From Felis catus (Eukaryota): a stretch of 64,000 nt of DNA. Below are positions 24,560 through 33,701 of this stretch, piece by piece. The notes under the pieces are model-generated. The model ran no database searches, had not been told where the DNA came from, and saw nothing but the letters and a program-made list of their open reading frames with translations. The stretch is from assembly GCF_018350175.1 (NCBI RefSeq), contig NC_058369.1, positions 15,998,001-16,062,000 on the forward strand, in the 5' to 3' direction. A program made the translations under genes and the position numbers. Position 1 is the stretch's first letter. The number at the start of each line of letters is the position of its first letter.

Positions 24560-24865
24560 TCATGGCATTCCGTCGAACAAGAGAAGCCAGACGTGACAGA
24601 GGGTAGCATCTACGATTCCACTTATATGGACTTAAAGGAGAGGCACATGAGGATCCCCGGTGACAGAAGTCAGAGTGGCCCTTACCTCTGGGCACGGCAC
24701 AAGGCGACCTTCTGGGGTGATGAGACAATTCCCTATCACCTCGATCAGCGAGGGGGAAGGTGGTTATGTGGGCGTGTGCATATCGAAACTTCCCCAAGCT
24801 GTGCACCTAGGATCGGTACACTTTGCTGCATCTAAATTACACTGCCATAAAACGAGTAATTAATA
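24560..24865 (+). mobile_element. Degenerate L1 3'UTR fragment
   Basis: gaagccagac...tacgattccacttatatg...gtgcacctaggatcggtacacttt. Confidence 0.55.
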
Positions 24866-25096
24866 AATAAATAAATCCACCATAAAAATAACAATGGAAG
24901 AGTCACATAGAGGGAGCGTTTTTTTTAAAATAACCCAATGAAAGGCCTATACTGTGATCTTTAGCAAAACAAGAAAGAAAGAAAACAGAGAGAGAAGCAT
25001 GTAGAACTGGAGTATGTGTGGGAAAATGAACCAAAAGGTATACGTGGGAAAAAGTTCGGATTGAGACACATCCCGTGTTTAAAAGGATTGTGTTGA

Positions 25097-25535
25097 GGGG
25101 CACCCGGGTGGCTCAGTTAGCTAAGCATCTGGCTTTGAGTCAGGTCAGGATCTGAGGGTTCATGAGTTCGAGCCCCGCGTGGGGCTCTGTGCTGACATCT
25201 CAGAGCCTGGAGCCTGCTTTGGATTCTGTGGCCCCCTGGGGCGCCTGGGTGGCGCAGTCGGTTAAGCGTCCGACTTCAGCCAGGTCACGATCTCGCGGTC
25301 CGTGAGTTCGAGCCCCGCGTCAGGCTCTGGGCTGATGGCTCGGAGCCTGGAGCCTGTTTCCGATTCTGTGTCTCCCTCTCTCTGCCCCTCCCGCGTTCAT
25401 GCTCTGTCTCTCTCTGTCCCAAAAATAAATAAACGTTGAAAAAAAAAAAAGAGTTGTGGATTCTGTGGCCCCCTCTCTCTCTGCCACCTCTCCACGTGAC
25501 CTCTGTCTGTGTCAAAAATGAGCATTAAAAAAAAA
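25097..25535 (+). mobile_element. Older CanSINE interrupted by a young CanSINE (25238-25450)
   Basis: TSD tggattctgtggccccct at 25220-25237 and 25457-25474. Confidence 0.9.
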
Positions 25536-26399
25536 AGGACTGTTTTGAGATTGTAAGCCTATGTCTGATTTTTTCCCTTACTTTCCATTGTTTTGTTTTC
25601 CCTAACTTCATACATTAGACAGACTGAAATGTTCCCTTGATTCTACACTGCAGAAGTGCCCAGGGGTCCTCACTTGCTTGTGACTCCCTGGGATGAACTC
25701 CATCCTGAGAGATGGCCAGAATCCACCCCTGGACCCAGAAACCCGAGAGGCATAAACAAGACACCTGCTAAGCTGTGCCTCCCTGTCTCAGCCCGTATAT
25801 GCATCATCACCCCGTTTCCCCTCCAGTGCGTGTTGTCCAAACCGGCATGGCCACACAGTCATCTAGAGTACCGAAGGGGGGAGCTGCCTTCGGAACCCCG
25901 GGGATCGAGGGCATCACTTGACAGATGAGGAAGTGGAAGGGCAGAGGGGAATCTCTTGCTAAAGGCAGCGCAGTCTGGGACTCCAAGCCTGCTCCACACT
26001 GCCCCCTGGGGGCAAGCCTGCCGTCACATCCTCAGCCGCCCTGACGCTGGACACGCGGAACACAGGGCAAAGCCCCAGCCCTGGTAGTGAAAACGAAAGC
26101 CAGCCACGGGCACATGCAGAAATGTAACATCGTTCAGCAGCATCTGAGAGCTCCACACGTCCACACAGCACCAGCGAAGACAAAGCTGGTCTCAGAAGAC
26201 CCCAAACTCCCTGTTTTCTGCGAAATTGTATATCCCTTCATTTGCTACCCATTTTGTGAAGCCACATTTTTGCAAAATATACAGCACACTCAAGTAGCCC
26301 ACAGAGGGCTGATATCTGGGAAACACTCTGCCCTTGTTGTATCCTTTGATCTTGACCACAGACCTATCGAATAGGTTTGTGTGTTGGGTTGGTTGGTGT

Positions 26400-26439
<40 letters not shown>

Positions 26440-26524
26440 TGCCCCCATGTTTAAGGATACGAAAACCAAGGCTTGGAGGAGTTTCACAAACTTGTTCAGA
26501 GGCAAGTAGTTAAAGGCTGATGCC

Positions 26525-26748
26525 GGGGGGCGCCTGGGTGGCGCAGGTGGTTAAGCATCCGACTTCAGCCAGGTCACGATCTCGCGGTCCGTGAGTTCGA
26601 GCCCCGCGTCAGGCTCTGGGCTGATGGCTCGGAGCCTGGAGCCTGTTTCCGATTCTGTGTCTCCCTCTCTCTCTGCCCCTCCCCCGTTCATGCTCTGTCT
26701 CTCTCTGTCCCAAAAATAAATAAACGTTGAAAAAATAAAATAAAATAA
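26525..26748 (+). mobile_element. Young CanSINE
   Basis: TSD taaaggctgRtgccggg. Confidence 0.9.
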
Positions 26749-27825
26749 AGGCTGGTGCCGGGACGTAACCCTGGAGCAGGTCTGCAGAGTCCGGCTCCTA
26801 AGCGTTCCCTCTTGAGTTACACGCACGGGGTGAACTCGGAGATTTTGTTCCCGATTCACTCTCCCGGTTATGATGACCAGGGCTGGGCTCTGTTGTAACA
26901 CAAGCGTATGCCCTGGATGGGTGGTGGTTGCTGCTGGGCTATTTCTGTAGCTTTTCTGCCTTCCCCCAGCCATCATTTCCTCCTGTTCTCCAAGCGCCAG
27001 TCATTAACTTCTCTCTTTCAGCTTCCAGTTTGCTGATACTACCCTCCTCTAGACAAGGACCCCAGGGAACCAATTTTGTTAACCTTTTATAAAATAAACT
27101 CTCCCTAGGAAAGGATCACGGAATGAGTAGCTAGGGGGGGTTGATGTTTATCGAGTGTATATTATGTGCCAAATTTTGGGTGTGGATGCCTCATGAGCCC
27201 CTCCCCACAAACCCATGAGGCAACCCATTATTCAGCCCATCCCACAGAAGAGAAAGCTGAGGGTTGGGCCGGGCTTCAAGCTCAGGCAGGCTGGCTGCGG
27301 AGGCCACCTGCTTAGCCCTGCATTATGCTGCGCCCCCCAGGTTTGGGGTCTCCTCCGCCTTTTCTCAGACCACACAAGCCAACGCTTCTGATTCTGTCGT
27401 GGACAAAACGGAAGACCCCAGAGGGCGCTCTTGAGGCTCAGGCTGGCTCTCCCGCAGTGTCTTCAGCTCTGCCATCAACAGTTGAGGTTTTTAGGTAAGT
27501 AACCAACCACCAAGAAAGCTCCATGTGCCTGCAGGTGGTATTGTCCTAGAATCCTGAACCTGACCCTATTCTTTGGTCCGTTCCTGCTCACTTTATGTGG
27601 GAAATTTCTCATCACTACAGACAGACTTTCTTTGGAGAGAGGATCTCTGCTGCCTGTGTATCTGGCATGGTGCAGGCGCTCACGAACACCAGCCGGTTTG
27701 GAGGGCTGCAAAATAGCGACCGGGTAGAGGAAATTCGTAACGACGTGCCCCACGATGTATCCGACCCCAAGGAAGATGGGCAATGTGTTTTGCTCACGTG
27801 AGAGCCTACAGTTAAAGCCCTTTAG

Positions 27826-28021
27826 GGGCACCTGGGTGGCTCAGTTGGTTAAGCGTCCGACTTCAGCTCAGGTCATGATCTCGCAGTTCATGAGTTCAAG
27901 CCCTGCGTCAGCTCAGAGCCTGGAGCCTGCTTCGGATTCTGTGTCTCCTTCACTCTCTGCCCCTCCCCCCTTGTGCTCTGTCTCTCTCTCAAAAATAAAT
28001 AAAAACATTTGAAAAAAAAAA
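27826..28021 (+). mobile_element. CanSINE in the CCR5 5' regulatory region
   Basis: TSD aaagccctttag at 27814-27825 and 28022-28033. Confidence 0.92.
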
Positions 28022-28384
28022 AAAGCCCTTTAGATGACCAATTGTTTTTGTCGGCAGAGAAAAATAGTACTGGGGCCTGAGGTATGGGTGTGGGCTGGGC
28101 TGGGCACAGGGGATGGGGGAGACAGTGGCTAAAGGGGACCACGGGCTTCATGTGAAGCATCCCCTGTCAATTTCAAGTTGGTTTCCGTGGCTTTCTTTGC
28201 AGGCAAGTCATAACAGAATCAGAATCTCAACTGTTCAGCCTCACCATTGATAAGCCCTGTGGTCTTATACAAATAAATCATTGGCCTCTGAAGCAGCAAT
28301 TTCTTTGGGCAGAATGAGGAGGTTTGACCCGATAAATGTGAATGTTTTTCTACCGCTAATATCCTTCAGTCCTTCTATTTTCTA

Positions 28385-28704
28385 ACAGACTCTGTGTAGT
28401 TGCATGAGCAGAAAACAAAAGAAAATAGTGTCGTCAGGGAAGCCCACAAATAAACTTTCAGGCCAGAAATCTAGTCTCTGACCTATTTTAAGTTCAATTA
28501 AAAAGAAAAGGAAAGAAGAAGAAGAAGAACTGTTTCATTTTTTTTTTTTTTTGGCCCTGAAATGTACTTATTCATTAAAACTCCGCCTCCCCCTTTCAGT
28601 AGAAACCATGCATTTCCTACTTTTATGCTGCCTATATGTTTGATTTGCACAACTCAGCTAGCCAGAGCAGCTGAGACATCCGTTCCCCTACAAGAACCCT
28701 CCTG
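28385..28704 (+). promoter_or_regulatory. CCR5: CCR5 downstream promoter and non-coding exon (donor CTG|GTAAGT at 28705; 1893-nt intron to 30597)
   Basis: GCTGAGACATCCGTTCCCCTACAAGAA matches the recalled human CCR5 5'UTR exon. Octamer-like ATTTGCAC 28643-28650; perfect donor consensus. Confidence 0.85.
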
Positions 28705-28940
28705 GTAAGTCACCCTCAGCCACTCTGTCTGTTAGTTAGCTCAGCTTCTGTGATGAGTAAAAAACTTTACAGGAAACCCTAGAAGACTGGACACACACCA
28801 GAGGCTCGTAGAGCTATCTTAAATCATAATCTTCGAGAGGAGAAAAGAGTTAGAATCTAGAATCAATTTCAAACTGTGATAACATCGAAGATACAAAACA
28901 TGATTGTGAATGAAAGATTGTTGTAAAGGGAGCAATATTT

Positions 28941-28942
28941 AA

Positions 28943-28990
<48 letters not shown>

Positions 28991-29112
28991 AAAAGAAAGA
29001 AAGGAAAAGAAAGAAAGAAAGAAAGAAAGAAAGAAAAGAAAGAAAGAAAGAAAGAAAAAAGAAGGAAGGAAGGAAGGAAGGAAGGAAGGAAGGAAGGAAG
29101 GAAGGAAGGAAG
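28941..29112. repeat. (GAAA)n(GGAA)n compound microsatellite in the CCR5 intron
   Basis: Direct reading. Confidence 0.97.
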
Positions 29113-30302
29113 CAACTTCACCTTTCAAAAGAAACCTTTTCAGAGAGATGATTCTTGGCCAAAATCTTGGCAGAATGATCTTCTGGTAAGAACTGAAACT
29201 GACCAGGCAGGATGCCCTGTGAATGTATGTCCAAGACGAGTTGTATCTAAGTCCAGTTTTTTCGTTTGTTTTTCTCAGAAAAGAGGGAAGGGTAAAAATT
29301 GTCCGAATTCATATTGGACTACAAAGAGCAAATAAACTTTCCCTTTACTATATCAGCTCTACAGCGCATTTCGTGTCCTTTAATGTACGGTTCTTGCTCT
29401 GGCTCAGAATTTAAGGTGAAATTTTCTGTATGTGTCTCCTTGCTACCTAATCCGAGGGACAGGAAGCATGAAACCCACGAGGATTTATTAAAGAAACTTC
29501 TACCAGGAAATGGAACCGAAATAGACCAGGCTAGCCAGCGGGTCATGGAGGGGCTGAGCAAACCCAGAATACGCATGGTGGCACCTGAGATGTTTTCTAC
29601 CTCGATTGCTTGGGTATGTGCGAGAGCTCTTAATCATAGCAATTCGGGAACTGTAAACATGAACTTAGACTACACGTGAGAATGGCAGCCCGGACTTTAT
29701 AGCTGGCTACTGGCTGCTACGACCCTCTCGGGGGACTTGGGCAGCGGCCCGTTTCATCCGGACCGCGTCGAGGTGCCAGGCTGACGATACCACACTCCAC
29801 TTCCCTCACCAAGAAGCGAGAGACTAGGTAGTTGCTGGATGAGAGTGCAGGCTGCCTGCCTTCAAAATCAGCTGCTTTCTAGCTGTGTGTGGTTGGGCAA
29901 GTTACTCATCCTCTCTGTGCCTTGAGTTCTAATCTGCAAAATGGGGACGATAACATGACCTGACTCATAGGGTGACCGTGAGGATTAATTGAATGAATGG
30001 GTGTGAAGTTGTTGGCCCACAGGGTGCCCTTGGGAACCGTCCAAGGTTAGCAACACACACTCCGGGGGACGCTCTGTATAAGCTCACCCCAGGGAAGGCA
30101 GTTGCAGCAGAGATGGTAAGACAGTGTTAGACAGCGCCTGAGTCAGTTTCTTGACGTTGTTAAAGCTTCATTCGTCCCACGTGGCTACAGAGCACCAGGT
30201 TTTATTGGGTCAGACGATGCTTTTGTGAACCCCCCCCACCAAGAGTCACGGTCTCCATCCAGTGAGCAGAGGTGATAGCGATCCTTCCTTTTCCTGAAAA
30301 AG

Positions 30303-30319
30303 TTCTTTCTTTTTCCTTT

Positions 30320-30362
<43 letters not shown>

Positions 30363-30375
30363 CTCTCTTTCTTTC

Positions 30376-30415
<40 letters not shown>

Positions 30416-30449
30416 TCCTTCTTTCTTTCCTTCTTTCTTTCTTTCTTTT
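30303..30449. repeat. (TTTC)n microsatellite in the CCR5 intron
   Basis: Direct reading. Confidence 0.97.
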
Positions 30450-30608
30450 GGCCAAACAAGGGAGCTCCGTTAAATGTAGAAACCTACGTACCAATGTTGA
30501 AAAGCCTGTTCGTGGATAAGACGGTTTGCACCCATGGCGGACCACCGCCAAGTACATTCTGGGGTATCATAGACAATCACTTTTTCTTTATTCACAGCGT
30601 CGAGCAAA

Positions 30609-31667
30609 ATGGATTATCAAGCCACGAGCCCCTACTATGACATTGAATACGAGCTGTCGGAGCCCTGCCAGAAAACCGACGTGAGGCAAATCGCAGCCAG
30701 ACTCCTGCCTCCGCTCTACTCACTTGTGTTCCTTTCCGGCTTCGTGGGCAACCTGCTGGTCGTCCTCATCCTCATCAACTGCAAAAAGCTGAGGGGCATG
30801 ACTGACGTCTACCTGCTCAACCTGGCCATCTCCGACCTGCTCTTCCTTTTCACCCTCCCCTTCTGGGCCCACTATGCCGCCAACGGGTGGGTCTTCGGGG
30901 ATGGGATGTGTAAGACGGTCACCGGGCTCTATCACGTCGGCTACTTTGGCGGAAACTTCTTCATCATCCTCCTGACCGTCGATAGGTACCTGGCCATCGT
31001 CCACGCTGTGTTCGCTTTAAAGGCCAGGACGGTCACCTTTGGGGCGGTGACAAGCGCGGTCACCTGGGCGGCGGCCGTGGTCGCCTCTCTGCCGGGGTGT
31101 ATCTTCAGCAGATCCCAAAAAGAAGGTTCCCGTTTTACGTGCAGCCCTCATTTTCCATCCAATCAGTATCATTTCTGGAAGAACTTCCAGACACTGAAGA
31201 TGACCATCTTGGGCCTGGTCCTGCCCCTGCTCGTCATGATCGTCTGCTACTCGGCCATCCTCAGGACCCTGTTCCGGTGTCGGAACGAGAAGAAGAAGCA
31301 CAGGGCCGTGAAGCTCATTTTCGTGATCATGATCGGTTACTTTCTCTTCTGGGCCCCCAACAACATCGTCCTCCTGCTGAGCACCTTCCCGGAGTCCTTT
31401 GGCCTCAATAACTGCAGTAGCTCCAACAGACTGGACCAAGCCATGCAGGTGACGGAGACCCTGGGAATGACGCACTGTTGCATCAACCCCATCATCTACG
31501 CCTTCGTCGGGGAGAAGTTCAGAAGCTACCTCTTGGTGTTCTTCCAAAAGCACATCGCCAGGCGCTTCTGCAAACGTTGTCCTGTCTTCCAGGGAAAGGC
31601 CCTCGACCGAGCGAGCTCGGTTTACACCCGATCCACCGGAGAGCAGGAAATCTCTGTCGGCTTGTGA
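30609..31667 (+). CDS. CCR5: C-C chemokine receptor type 5, single coding exon, 352 aa
   Basis: MDYQ..SP.YDI N-terminus; C20/C101/C178/C269 at the human positions; ECL2 [27 protein letters not shown]3 [18 protein letters not shown]-terminus [11 protein letters not shown]. Acceptor tttttctttattcacAG ends at 30597. Confidence 0.98.
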   Translation: MDYQATSPYYDIEYELSEPCQKTDVRQIAARLLPPLYSLVFLSGFVGNLLVVLILINCKKLRGMTDVYLLNLAISDLLFLFTLPFWAHYAANGWVFGDGMCKTVTGLYHVGYFGGNFFIILLTVDRYLAIVHAVFALKARTVTFGAVTSAVTWAAAVVASLPGCIFSRSQKEGSRFTCSPHFPSNQYHFWKNFQTLKMTILGLVLPLLVMIVCYSAILRTLFRCRNEKKKHRAVKLIFVIMIGYFLFWAPNNIVLLLSTFPESFGLNNCSSSNRLDQAMQVTETLGMTHCCINPIIYAFVGEKFRSYLLVFFQKHIARRFCKRCPVFQGKALDRASSVYTRSTGEQEISVGL

Positions 31668-32329
31668 CCTGGACCGGGTGTTTGTACACAGCCTAGGGGC
31701 GGGAGTGACCCTTTTAAAAAGGAAGTTACTGTCATAGAGGGCCTAAGAGTCATCCGTGCACCTGGCTATCTATCCCACCATTTAAGCCCGTCACGTCTGG
31801 AAAGCCGAATCAACATATGTTGATGACATAGCAAACCTCCTCACCTCCCCTCCGCACACAACAACTTATTGGCAAACTCTTCCTTTGCTGCAAAAGTTTC
31901 ATTATAAAAAAAAAAAAAATCCCCAGAGAACTGCTAATTCTTGAGTTCGGTGACCCGAACAGGAATAACAAAACCAATCAAGATGCATACTGTACGGTTT
32001 CTGATCTGCTCGAGGCAATAGGTGCAGGTTGTAAGTGCGCTGAAAGCAGGTGCTTGTGGGTGATCTGTTAAGAAACGAGTTCTTCCAAGAGCAATCTCCC
32101 CTCCAGGGTGTGGTTGGTAAGTTCCACAGGCGATCAGGACCGGGTGAGAGCTGCGAAGCCTTCTTCAGGGAGAAGGGGAGAGGGGAGGAAGGTTAGCTCC
32201 AGGCCTGCAGGCCCCGCACATGCGCGGGGCGGCTCTGCGGTGGGGGGTCGGCACTGGCTGGGGAGAGGCGAGGCGAGCCCGGACCATAGGGAGCGTGCCC
32301 AGCACCGCTTGTCAAAGCCAGAGCAGAGC

Positions 32330-32353
32330 GGGGGGGGGGGGGGGGGGGGGGGG
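32330..32353 (+). repeat. G24 homopolymer in the putative CCR5 3'UTR
   Basis: Direct reading. Confidence 0.9.
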
Positions 32354-33607
32354 ATCCCCGGCCACTGTCGCCGGAAGCTCGTTGCGCGGCCGAATGATGG
32401 CCTAGAAAGGTGAGCCTTTAGGTCGGGTGAGGCGAGGAGGCTTTCCATGTAGGTCCAGGCACCAGGGATGGGGACACCCTTGCAGCATGCGGGGTGAGAG
32501 TCCACAGAACTTGGGGTGGATTGGGGTTGGAGGTGAGGGGCCGTGGGGAGGCAGAGAGAACCTCTAGGCTTCACGCACGAGGACTGGAGATGCCCTTAAG
32601 GAAACCTCAGGCATGGAAAGGGGCCAAGGCTTGCATCGAAACCAGGAGGGGCCGGTGGAAGAGGAAGCCTCTGGTTTTGCCAGCTTGAACACAGCCTTCC
32701 GTAGACAGAACCTGGGCTCTCTAGCGGTGGCCGCTCCTGCCTTTGGAGTTGTCCTTCCCAACCCAGCTCCAACCAGGGGGCGTCTCCAGGGGGCTCGGAA
32801 GCACTAGGTTTAGGAAATGCGGGGAGTCTGAGGCCTGGGGACACGTTTACGTCAGCTATGACATCCAGGGGCCGACTGTGTAGTTAATGAACATCCAGGG
32901 TTTTAGAAGCACTAAGCAAAGACGCCCCAGAGGGGGGAGGGAAGCCGGGATGACTAAGTTTCTGCCCGCCCAGGACACACCACTGCCTCCCTAAGCGTTG
33001 TCTTCCGGAGTTAACTCGCAGTGGGCAGAGGGGAGAAGGGACAGGTTCATTTGGAAACAGGCCGCCTCCAGCTGACTCAGCTCCGAGAAGCACCATTTTA
33101 CGGAACTCGGTGTTTCAGGCTGAGTGTGGTGGCTTTAGCCTCTCTCTCCTTCCAGACGCCTTCTCCCGACACGCCCCCGAACACTAAGGGATCTATTCCT
33201 TTCAAAGACAGGGTCGTGATTTCGTGTTTGGCAGTTGCTCCTTGTACTTTTTTGTACCTGCCCGAGATGGTTTGGAATCCGGGAGGAGCTAAGACCATTT
33301 GGGAGAGATTAGGTGAGGCGACATCAAAGCAGTGAGACTCCCTCACAAGGTGAAGGTATCAGAATAATAAGAGGGGCTACTGATGTTTCTCGGCTCTGAA
33401 ATATGACCTTGAGAGCGCGGGTGTCGACGGGGAGCAACCGGAAGTGCTCTTGAGGTCGTTTCAAGGGCACAAGCATCCTATGACCTAGCCTCTGGGTCAA
33501 CTCAAAGGCACGCTGATATCTTTGTGTGTCGAATACATATCATGTATGATGTGATCCGGCTCATGTATATAGAAAGTTACAAATCGCTTGGAAGAAAACC
33601 CTTGCCT

Positions 33608-33613
33608 AGTAAA
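33608..33613 (+). terminator. CCR5: Candidate CCR5 polyadenylation signal (variant AGTAAA)
   Basis: The context gaagaaaa...ctAGTAAAaaaaatcaccctgtaaaataa resembles the recalled human CCR5 mRNA 3' end. Confidence 0.45.
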
Positions 33614-33701
33614 AAAAATCACCCTGTAAAATAACTAACTGTATTCCTATTCTTCCCGTCAAGTGCACATGTAGAGAATAGCGTTCAAAACTGCGAAAGC
33701 C

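Noticed and set aside
31150..31200. Possible CCR5-delta32-like lesion
   Set aside because: ECL2 is full length and the 352-aa frame is intact.
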